Shown: piece by piece, positions 1 to 10,229 of the stretch
How positions within the stretch are numbered: the stretch's first letter is position 1
Layout of the letters: each line of letters starts with the position of its first letter
Assembly (NCBI GenBank): GCA_010093995.1
Contig: ML992504.1
Location: 1,454,885 to 1,491,294 of the forward strand
DNA: 36,410 bases
DNA from: Elsinoe ampelina
Taxonomy: Eukaryota
Direction of reading: 5' to 3'
Program-made: the position numbers and the translations under genes
Notes under the pieces: generated by a model
Told to the model about the DNA's origin: nothing
The model's input: the letters and a program-made list of their open reading frames with translations, nothing else
Databases searched by the model: none

Positions 1-720
1 ACATCGTAGAACTCACCATCCCCGCCCCCATTCTCAGCCAACAATCCCTCCCTCTCGACCTCGACCGCCACCTCTTCGTCCACTCCCATCTTCCCTTTCG
101 CACCAAACCCCAAGTCAACACCACTATCACTCCCCTCCTTCCCCTTCAAGCTCCCCTCCAAATCCCCGCCTCCCTCCTCTCCCTTCTCCTCGTCCCGTGT
201 CTCTCCTTCATCCTCATCCCCCATACCCCCTGCTCCATCCTCCTCCTCCCTTTCAACAACCTCCGCACCATACCTCCCCAACCCCTCCCCCCCACCAACC
301 ATCTCCCACCCCTCCTCGCCCCCAGGAAAATCCTTCGGTCCCCACCCCTCCCCTGGGCGGTAGAGCATCAACACCTCCAGCACGACGAGGTCGATGCGCG
401 TCTGCACTGCCGGGAAAGCTTCGCTGTAGAGGCTTGCTTTTGCGGAGATGGAGGCGGCGAGGGAGAGGAGGGTTGTGCCTGGGAGGGGACGGGCGGCAGA
501 GCCGGGGAGGGCGGAGGGGGAGGGGGAGGTGGCGAGGGAGGTGAGGAAGGAGCGAAGGCGGGAGGGGAGGTGGGTGGGGGTGTAGATCTTGGATAATCTG
601 GGGGGGGATGTGAGTGGCTGGATTCTTGGGGGGGCAGAGGGGGACGTACTGTGTCTCGCCTGTCTCGGAGGCGACGTGGGATTCGAATTCTGCGGTGGTG
701 GGCATGGTGCTGGGTGCCAT
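1..720 (-). CDS. Hypothetical protein, acidic/Gly-rich C-terminal part, running off the left edge of the window; 2 exons (720-650, 597-<1)
   Basis: ATG at 720 (MAPSTMPTTAEFESHVASETGET). Intron 649-598 has a GTACGT donor, CTCAC branch and CAG acceptor. The spliced frame (QLSKIYTPTHLPSRLRSFL...RIDLVVLEVLMLYRPGEGWGP...EEEDG...) is open to position 1. The ORF track misses this frame. Confidence 0.6.
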
Positions 721-1184
721 GGTGGTGTGTGGTTGTTGGGGTTGGTGATGTGAAGTGTGAGATGGGGGGGAAGGTGGGAAGGAGGACGTGGCAGAAGAAA
801 TATGGAAGAAGGAAAAAGAGAGACTCCCGCTACTGGTGGAGATGTGAGTCGGCAACATGCAGTCAAAAGCGGGAGACAGGCGTGGGCAGCTCGTGGCGTG
901 CACGAGGTCGTGGTGATGCATGTGAAAGTGCTTGTTTCGAAAAGAACTTTGGGTTTCGAAGCGGGCTTTTGACACGGCCTTTCTTCCGTATAAGTTCGCG
1001 AGAGTCTGATTCATATGATCCGGTTTGGAAAATAATATCAATATTAATGGGTATTTGGATGTCGCTGAGGGATAAGTTGATGCAGCCAACTTGACCGGAT
1101 CGAAGGAAGCATAAGGCCTGGAGCTTGTCAACACATCCTGTCGTTCTGAGCGTGATCTTCTCCCATATCCAGGAAGCTTAAAGA

Positions 1185-1818
1185 TCAAGAGTCACTTCGA
1201 GCACTCTGCCGGCCGGAAGCAGTCATGATCCTTTCGTCCCCAATCCTGGCCATGAATTTGACCTCTCGTCGACAGATTCTCCACTGACCGCCACCTTCAC
1301 CTTCGTACTCGTCTTCGTCAGCCACCTTGATCAGCTCGTCGATGTATTTCCCGTAAGTAGTCAGTGTCCGTCCTACCCACTCTCCTTTGCCGAAGTGGGT
1401 AGCGGTGAAGTAGGTCATGACGGACGCACTGGTAGGTCCTTTCCCACCTGACTTCTTCTTCGTCGTGGGCTGAGAGGGGGGAAAGTTGATATGTTGAGTA
1501 GTCAAGGCATGTTGACTGGTGGCAGGGGCGAGTCTATGGTCATGTCAGTTGCATCTTTGTATCATCGTTTGCCACTTGCCTTCGACCAATCCGATTGGAA
1601 AGCTCAGGAATGCCGCGCATCGAGGCGAAAGGATAGAATGCCTCGACATCTTCGGTGAAGACCTCATGAAGCAGATCAAAGTCCTTCGTGTCAAGAGCAA
1701 CACAATACAGACTCAGAGTATTCTTGATGGCCAGATAGTCCAGAAAGTCCGGAGCCAGGCCGTTCGACGATCCGGACGAGGATTTGGAGAACAAGCTAGA
1801 AGGCTTGAGGCTATTCAT
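1185..1818 (-). CDS. SnoaL-like (NTF2-fold, SnoaL_4-type) domain protein; 2 exons (1818-1580, 1533-1185)
   Basis: Motifs IKNTLSLYCVALDTKDFDLLHEVFTEDV, TSQHALTTQHI, TYFTATHFG, YGKYIDEL and WRICRREV are typical of fungal SnoaL-like proteins. The exons are joined in frame by a 46-nt GC-AG intron (1579-1534). Confidence 0.8.
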
Positions 1819-2107
1819 GGGGACTTGCTTGTTCCATGCAGCATCTCCTGACGCTGAGTCTGTGCTGAGAAGAAGAAAAGACTTTTCCCGTCCATGTCGC
1901 AGGATGATGCTGGTCTTGGGACGTCGTTTGCCGGGACTTGTTTGTGGCTTGTTCAACCGGCGGGGAAGGCCGCAGCAAAATGGGATCACCGCTGCATCAC
2001 TCCATCATTTCATCATCGACAATGTCATGGAATGTCTCAGAGTGAGCTCTATATTTTCTATCGTCCTTCTTCAACCTTGATAATGATCGATTGACTTGCC
2101 GGACAAA

Positions 2108-2993
2108 ATGCCGCTGCTCGATCTCAACCTCATTGCCCTTGACCCCAACACCACACCCGAAGCCTTTGTGGAGAAGCTACGTCAGCAGCGTCCAGATATA
2201 AAAATCGTAGTAGCCTCAATCCCTCATCATTGGGTGGCCAGACCGGCTGTATATGACGTGAAGCATCTCGGACATTCAAGATGGGATCTAATGCTAGTCA
2301 CAGAGGGCGAGCTCATACAGGCCAGAGAAGTGCATGACTTGGTCAAGGATGTATATAACATGAAGATTGGTGTTCCAAGGAAGCTGTACGCCGACTATCC
2401 CACTACAAACGAGAAACTTTTGAGACAGGCCAAGAGCATTCCTCTTACTGGCTCTCTTGATGACAACAACAAGTCGCCACCGAAGACTTCACAGAAGCTT
2501 GAATTAAGCGATGATTTGCGGCGCTTCATGGACTCATTCACGAAGGAACGTGGCGAAGATCAGCCGGTGACTATGCTCAATCTCCTGTGCTTCAAACCAA
2601 ACAGTCAGAAGCAGTACGCAACCTATGGACAGGTGAGTGACGAGGCTTTGATTTCCTGCCGGGTGGCTCATTTTCTGCAGCACTTTCAAACCGCTGGTGG
2701 CCGCCGTGGGGGCAACGCTAAGATGGTGGGCTCAGTCGTGAAAAGTGTGGATAAGCAAGGCGAACAGAAGTGGTGGGACGAGGTCGCCATCGTTCATTAT
2801 CCAAGCATCCGACACTTTTGCGACATGGCGGCTGGCGATGATTACCAAGAGATCAACCAGAAATACAGACTGCCGGTGAGTATTGTCATTGGTTATAGCT
2901 CAAACGAAGCTGATCATGGCAACCAAGTCTCTGGAAGATACGATACTGTTGTGTACCACTGAGCTTCCGCGGAAGACAGCATCGAAATTGTGA
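2108..2993 (+). CDS. DUF1330-like fungal protein with C-terminal PTS1 (-SKL); 3 exons (2108-2632, 2681-2875, 2928-2993)
   Basis: Motifs PVTMLNLL, GGRRGGNAKMVGSV and WWDEVAIVHYPSIRHFCDMAAGDDYQEIN. Introns 2633-2680 (GTGAGT..CAG) and 2876-2927 (GTGAGT..CTGAT..AAG). The last exon reads SLEDTILLCTTELPRKTASKL*. Confidence 0.75.
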
Positions 2994-5900
2994 GCTATGC
3001 AATGGCGTGTCAAAACATCTGTTGGTTTTTCAGAGAGAGAGAGCTGTCACTGGCGGAAGCAGTCGAATAGGCGTCAGAAGTTCGCAGAAGCCACTGCTAT
3101 ATGAGCGGAGTGCAATATCCGATTGCATGGTTCACAGCGAATCAAGCACATTTTGCGAGGTCGGAGAATGAAGATCGCAACCTCGAATCCCACCCTTCAC
3201 CGGTGACAAGAGCCTCGAGCAGAGTGGATCTGGCTACCTTGACTCCACTCTCGAGCCACTGCCTTTTGAAGACCATGTGGCGGACCCTTCCTACCGGTGG
3301 CCTTGCAGGTCCACCATGCTTGAGACGCAGGGTGAATGCAGGGATGTCAAATTCATACTTGACAATGGACCGCGTGCAAAAGGAGTAAGAAGTCTTGATG
3401 GAAAGCCATCGGACAAGTAGCTCGCTAGACTTGGTATCCTCGTCGGCTGTGTCGATGAGATTGTGGTCGTCATTGCACATGTTAGTGGTGTGGTATACGG
3501 GACACAACCGCAGGCAGCACAGTCAATTCCAATGCACAGCTCAGAATTTCTCCGGACGGGTCCCTCGTAATGTGCAGCTATTTTCGCGATACAGCGCAGC
3601 CGACTACGGATCAATCAATGATTATAGAGCCATGGTCCGAACTATCTCTAAACAGTGGTAGGTCATGTCTAAATATAGTTCTATTTTTAGCTCCAACACA
3701 TCGGACGAATCTATCACCGCCCTATTTTGCTTGGAGCATCAAACACGGGCTATAGCTCTATCATCGAGATCATCTCGCTGACTTGACTAGATCATGAACA
3801 GCTTACCAGAGCATCGGGTCGTGGCTAATATTAGCCCGGCCGAGGCATCAGAAGGCAGTCACTGATCACGAGCACATGTGCGTCGCACTGCATCAAGCTT
3901 ACGAGCACATGCAGTCCCACAGCTGAGTAAAGAACAAAGAGACATCATGTGGAAGTCGTCTCTTCCTGCCCTCCGAGCGGCATGTCGCCATGCCGAGCTG
4001 GCACGGCTGATAAGGTGGACAAAGGACAAACCAAGTCTGTGCAGTAGCTCTGCAGCACGGGGCACTGCGGAGAAGGCGTCGAGGTCGACCATGGGCATGA
4101 TCCAGGCATCGACTGACCCGTGCGCCTCTATCAAGATGCGACACATCTGCAGCGCGATATGGTGATCGTCGTTGATCAGTTGGCATTGTCACTGGTGCTC
4201 GCTTCGATACGCCCGTATGAGTAGGTGATGATCATACCTGCATCTGCAAACCAATACATGCAGTCCTCCCACGCAGCCGGGCACGTGGCCATGACTTGTG
4301 TACATCTGCCATCACCTTCGGCTTCTCGGCGTACCATGCCTCAGGCAAAGACAGACAGGGGTCGAGATTGCCAGAGGACGAATCAATCTCCATCGCATCC
4401 TACAGAATCTGCCAATAGGCTATAGTGCGGGCCTTTTCACCTGGCTTGAAGGATCAACAAGGACTGGTAAGGTCTTCTGCCAACCATAGTCTAAATGACT
4501 GTCAAACTCGCGGCACAAAGCTACCATTCTTGCGAGATGACCTATCAAACGCCAGAATGACCGCGGACCGTTTTGGGAGAGGATGAGCCTCTTCAGTCTC
4601 GTCTTGCAAATATCGCGAACACTTGATGCAACCTCGCCTATACGGGCAAAGGTCTTCAGCATCTGAGATTGGTGTAATAATCCCTACCACGGCACAGTAT
4701 GTCAAGCCTTGGTCCATTCCGGTAAGGCTGTTCATGAAACAGCATCGCCTGGTCGTTACCTGGATGCGGCTCGTGCGGGAGCTGACTGAGGATTTGCCCT
4801 ACCCGTCCTATTCCATATTGATCTTGACCATTTCAGCACTGGAAGGATGAGTCGAGGAGATTGAACGGATCTGCGGCCACTGCGAGTCCCTGACTGTGCC
4901 GTACTGTACGACTTGAAGCCGGCCCCCCACTTGAACCACACCAGTGCGCGTCCAGGCCACGTTTCTAAACAGAGAGCACATATCTCATCTGCAAGCCACA
5001 CAGCTTTGTGACCCCACCGGCCATACAAACGTCAACGATGTGCGTCGCGTGTCCAATGGCCAAGCCGAGGCGAGACGGAAAATTTCGAAGCTCGAGAACA
5101 AGGCAACGTCTTGTGGAGATGAGACGCACAGCGAACGGGTCATGGCCATGTCTTGACTGTCTCCGAGAGAACGGTGTGGGACATGAGCTACTGCATGTCC
5201 TTGACCTCTTCGGGCACGACAGCCGAGCAAACGCCATATCAATCACAACCTTTGTCCATTTTCGGTAAGGTGTGCCTGGAAAGACACCGCTCATGCTGCG
5301 GTGGAGAACAGCAGCTCATCATGCCGCATCTTTTGGTGCCCGCGAACCGGTGAGCAGGGAGCGCTAGCGTCCCCTCTATCGTGCTCGACGTCAGGGCACG
5401 ACCTTCGCGACATGGATCGTGGCTTCGAGCGGCCCGCCGGGACACCGAGGGTTTCGTGCACTTTCGAGCAAGAAGCTCTCGCTCACGCCCGAAACTCGCG
5501 GCACCGCCGGCACCGACGAATCATGCTGATGCGATGCTCGACACTGACCACACTGGAATGCCAGATGGGATTTAGGCGAGACTCCCAAATTGGCAGCACG
5601 CGATTCAACACACGCCTACTTTTGAGCGACGGAACAGGAGCAAGAGCCTCACGCTAGCCATCATCTAACCCTCATGTCCAAATCGTCTACACCTTACCCA
5701 GATGCGGTGGAAGCTCCGAGCAAGAACGTTGCAAAGTATCCTTGTCACCATCAAAAGTCTGTATCTACCGTCTCGCGTGCGGATTGTGTACGTTGATGAT
5801 GGAGTCGGCGAGATGCTACATCTCCCAGTGTGATGATTACGCAGATCATGGAGTTTCCGTCGACGATCCCCCAATCAAAGATCCCGGTCGGTGCAACAAG

Positions 5901-6674
5901 GCAAAAGCCCGATAGATTGACCCCTTCATCGTCACCTCTTTGCTTACCGTCTTGTGAATACTATACGCGAGTCGGTTGCACCATTGCCTGTTTCAAACAG
6001 GCGGACGACGATGCAATGGCGCTCTGCACCGGAGCGGTGTCTGCTCCCTCTGGCTGGCTCTGATCTTCATTTGGCGGGCAAGCCACTCGAGATAGACAAG
6101 CACCATGTGGGGACTGAGAAACTCTCCAACCATAGCACACTACCGATGGTAGGGCAGAGTCCGAGCCAATCTTAGCTCCTCGAGGCTTTTCGTGCAGGCG
6201 CACACTACTTGCAGCACGGAACGTCTTGAAAAAGATTCAAAATCTGGGAATTCAGGGATCCATGATGTGATGCACGGCGGGTTCTGCTGTGCCCAGCAAA
6301 GCGTTTGTGTGGGTGCTTCGAGCAGACTATGCTTAGTCTGTCTGCTGGTCCTGCTGCGCAATCCCGTCCTACATTTCCCTGGGTATACTTATACTTAGTG
6401 CCAGCTTCGCCCCCTTCGACTCTAAATTCGGACTGCATTGCATATCGGTCAAACAATTCCGTCTACCATCACTGACATAATTCACGAGGCTATTTGCCCA
6501 AAAGCACAGTCTTTTACTTCATCATCGTCCAAAACATTCCCCCTGGTCGTCTCATCTCCCGACTTCAAACCATCAACCCTCAGTACCGCAGTTCAACCTA
6601 CGAGGCTTGTCGACATCACTGCCTGCGCATTGAACCGTACCTCATATTCAGCTCAAACTTCGTACGCGAACTGC

Positions 6675-6767
6675 ATGCGAACCATTGTCGTGTCTTCCAC
6701 CACATTCGCTGACCGTCGTCTTGGCCACGTCCAGCTGGGGGACTACCGGCAGGTTTCGAAACACTGA
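6675..6767 (+). promoter_or_regulatory. Candidate uORF (30 aa) in the leader of the C2H2 transcription factor gene
   Basis: This is the only ATG between 6332 and the main ATG at 6964. It encodes MRTIVVSSTTFADRRLGHVQLGDYRQVSKH*. It counts as a uORF only if transcription starts upstream of 6675. Confidence 0.35.
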
Positions 6768-6875
6768 CTTGTGTACCCGCCCCAGGATATTTTTGATATC
6801 CATCCAGCAAGGCTTGTCACTGCCCGAGGGCATTGCTAGCACTTGCACTACTGTACCACATCGGTCTACTTTGTG

Positions 6876-6952
6876 GTAAGTATATCAGCTGTCCCCACCC
6901 TACTCATCCCTATCCGCACCAACAAGGGGTTCAGGCCACTCACGCTGAACAG
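6876..6952 (+). other. Probable 5'-UTR intron of the C2H2 gene
   Basis: GTAAGT donor at 6876, CTCAC branch-like motif, and a CAG acceptor ending at 6952, 11 nt before ATG 6964. Confidence 0.6.
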
Positions 6953-6963
6953 GACCATCTTCA

Positions 6964-9235
6964 ATGACTTCTTACTACTCACAACATCCAATGTCTTCAG
7001 GCGAGGACTTTCCTCTCTACTCCTACTCGGACAATTACAACGCCTCCTACATGCCGACCACCTCATACGACTCTTACGCCCCTCACACTGCCGTCGACAA
7101 GTCTGGCCTCACATCACAAAGCCCGTCATACTCACCTGCCATGTCGGCGTCAAACTCGTTTGATGTGCCACCGCACTTCAATGGCACCTCAGACTCTGGC
7201 GCCTCAGGTCCAAGCACAATCTCCTCTGCGATTCCATCCCCTTCATTAAGCGGACAGAATCCTCAGGAGTGGATGCCACACCAAGGTGGTCTCAACATTG
7301 TCCATGATGACTTCCATGGAGAGTCACAATGGGCTGACACCGACGGGTACTCAGACAAGATCTCTGGCTGTGTCGGTGAGTCGACGAGTCTTTCCTCAAC
7401 CTCTTTTCCTATTACTACTTCATTTTCTTCCTTTTCTATCCCTACTGGCACATCATACCCACCGCCGCAACATCGACATGACTCTATTCAACATGAGGCG
7501 GCCTATTCGCAGCATTTCAAGTCTCCAACGACCCCAGCTTCGGCAGTCAGGTCTCCTCATCCTCCCGTCTCTCCTGCAATCGCCAGGGTGACTGGACAAA
7601 GGAGAGCTTCTGTACCCAGCTCGAGGGTCGCTGCTCATCGCATGTCATCGCCACTTGCGCATGAGCAGATGAGTCCTGAAGAGCCTAGGACGCCTCAAAT
7701 TCAAAGAGTAGCGGCCCACCAACAGGCTACGCACCAATCTCCTTTTTCTTATCATTCGAGCGGCGCTTTTGTCCCTCCTCTTGAATCTTCTTGTGTGTTT
7801 CCTTTGTACCTGCATCTCCTATCTCCTTTCTCTCTTTTCGTCATGACGATACCTGATGGACCGTGACTGACTTGTTCCAGACCCCTCTCTCATCGAGCCG
7901 TACTCGACCGCCCCTTACGCTCAAGCACCATACGCCGGCTCTGTCGGTCAGTCTCCCGCACAGATGTTTGTCAACCCGCCGTCACCTGCCATGTCGCAAC
8001 AATCCTACCACATGGCCGGCCCAATCCGGACCGACTCAAGAGCAAGTCAATGGCAGCCATACACTCGTGGCCACTCGGTCATGTCTGCACATTCGCATGT
8101 CTCTCGCCGCAGCTCTGGCTCCTGTGACAGTGACGAAAACAAAGTCATCTGCCCAATCGCATCTTGCGGCCGACCCATCCGCGACCTCAAGGCGCATATG
8201 CTCACACACCAGTCTGAGCGACCCGAGAAGTGTCCGATCCCCTCGTGCCCATACCACCTCAAGGGTTTCGCGCGCAAGTACGACAAGAACAGACACACCT
8301 TGACCCACTACAAGGGTACCATGGTGTGTGACTTCTGCCCTGGCTCTGGATCCTCCGCCGAAAAGTCCTTCAACCGCACCGATGTGTTCAAGCGTCACCT
8401 CCAGTCCGTCCACAACGTCGAGCAGACCACCCCCAACTCCCGCCGCCGCAAGCCTGCCGCCAAGAAGGGTCGCGAGATCCCTGGTACATGCCGTACCTGC
8501 GGCGTCACCTTCCCCTCCGCGCAAGACCTCCACGACCACATCGACGACTGCGTCCTGCGCGTCGTCCAACAGACCGAGCCCTCGGAAGCCATCAACGAGA
8601 AGCTCCTCACCTCCGTCGCCGACGACGAAGACGTCAAAGCCTCACTCTCCCGCCACAACCTCCCCACCTCCCTCGAAGGCCCGACCTCCTTCTCCGGCGA
8701 CGACGACGACGCCGACGACGACTCGACCCTCCGCGGCTCTGCTTCATGTTGACAATCAGCCCGCCCCTCGGACGGTGAGACGGCAACAAGGGGCGGATAC
8801 GGCAACGGCAACGGAAGCGACACGGAAGTCGCCATCAAGACGGAACCCGACGCGAAGAAGAAAGGCATGACCTGGTCCAAAGGCGGCGTCGGTCTGAGCA
8901 GCACAACGGGCAAAGGACGGAGGAAGCGCAACTACCCCCTCTCATGGGGCGCGGGTGTCGACAAGATGAAGATGAAGAAGCGCGTGCTCTGCGTGTACGA
9001 TGGCCAGAGACGCCTGTGCAAGGACGACCTCATGATGTCTGCGGACAATGAGGTAAGGATGACGCTGCCTGGCACTGAGGCGCAGGGGTGGCATCACAGG
9101 AGGTGGATCACGGACTTGGACATCTTGACACTGCGGAGAGCGGAGGCATTCCACGGCGCGACGGCGGAGGAGAGGGGACCGTGGATGGACGAGGATGGGG
9201 TGGATCTGGAGAGGTTGATGGGGGTTGCGCATTAG
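6964..9235 (+). CDS. C2H2 zinc-finger transcription factor. The main frame stops at TGA 8750-8752, with an in-frame extension to TAG 9233-9235 (candidate readthrough). Intron from donor 7376 or 7793 to acceptor 7880.
   Basis: Tandem fingers CPIASCGRPIRDLKAHMLTH, CPIPSCPYHLKGFARKYDKNRHTLTH and CDFCPGSGSSAEKSFNRTDVFKRHLQSVH, plus CRTC..HDHIDDC. Ser/Pro-rich N-terminus. CTGAC branch and CAG acceptor at 7880. ORFs 7964-8752 and 8867-9235 are in the same frame (offset 903 nt) and are separated only by one TGA. Confidence 0.85.
8750..8796 (+). promoter_or_regulatory. Candidate stop-codon readthrough element: TGA-CAATCA, 8-nt spacer, 8-bp stem-loop
   Basis: TGA CAA TCA matches stop-CAR-YYA. CCGCCCCT (8761-8768) is the exact reverse complement of AGGGGCGG (8789-8796). 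Confidence 0.6.
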
Positions 9236-9713
9236 CGGGATGGCTTGGATATGGACATTCTCTTGCACGCATGTCATGCTGCACTTTTTTTTTTTTTGAC
9301 GATCTCTTGTTACTTTGGATGCGTTCGGGCGGCATTGCGTGGTTTGGAAATGGACATTGCGAGGGAGGGGAAAAAAGCTGGGATATGATGTGGTGCTTCA
9401 CTGTCTCTACGGGAGCGTGGAATGATTGTACATGGCATTGCGACATATGAGCATGATTTGGATTGGATCAAAGGGACTATACCATTTGCTTATGGGTAGA
9501 GAATCGATTGACACTTCTCTCTTCACTGGTTCTTCTCTACTTCTGTACTTGACATGGGACCGTCCTGCGCTCGCTTCTCCTCCTTCTCCTGGGCCCTATC
9601 TCCTCGCACAATCTCTCAGCATACAAAGTGTCCCTCCTCCTACCTCTCAGCCATACCCAACCCCACGTCCTAACCTTCTTGACCACTCATCAGCCCTCCC
9701 CTTCCAGACTTCC

Positions 9714-10229
9714 ATGACCACGTCAACCAACCACCCACCCACCCTAACCGCCCGGCTCCTTCAAGCCCTGGAGTCCCTCCGTCCATCAGCAAGCCCTCAG
9801 CCCTGCCCACACCCGCCCACACCCGCCTCCATGCACACATCCTCCCCCCCCGACCCAAGATTAGACCTCATCCACACAGGCGCCCGACCACGCCGCACCC
9901 ACGCCACCGGCTTTGCATGGAAGACATACCGAACAAGTCCCACGATCCTTCGAAGTCAGACACGTTATGCGGCGCCAGGAGGGGGGCCTGATGTAGACAT
10001 GGCAAGTCGCAGGGTACCCCCTCACAGCAGCCGCTTCACACCCTACCAAGCACGACAATCAGCGTCTCCGTCGCGCACGACTGTCCTGCCTGACAACCCG
10101 TACATGGGCTCGTCACTCGTGGTGGCACCGTTCGCGAGCGAGCAGGACCGGCCCCACCCGTGGACCGAGTGTTTATCACCTTACCCATCTGCTGTGGAGC
10201 ACACTTGGCGATCCGGGAGCTGGAAATAG
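9714..10229 (+). CDS. Hypothetical Pro/Ser-rich protein, possibly the 5' part of a disrupted gene
   Basis: ATG at 9714 follows a pyrimidine-rich leader and the frame is open to 10229. No recognisable domain. Confidence 0.3.
   Translation: MTTSTNHPPTLTARLLQALESLRPSASPQPCPHPPTPASMHTSSPPDPRLDLIHTGARPRRTHATGFAWKTYRTSPTILRSQTRYAAPGGGPDVDMASRRVPPHSSRFTPYQARQSASPSRTTVLPDNPYMGSSLVVAPFASEQDRPHPWTECLSPYPSAVEHTWRSGSWK

Noticed and set aside
197..1188. ORF-track proteins 197-544 (+), 253-1188 (-) and 651-1094 (+)
   Set aside because: These are low-complexity shadow frames of the C/G-skewed spliced gene at 1-720. ORF 253-1188 shares only exon 1 and reads through the intron.
8747..8752. Cys-Sec (TGT TGA) interpretation of the TF stop
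   Set aside because: Ascomycetes are not known to have selenocysteine machinery, and the site lies in a disordered linker rather than a redox motif.
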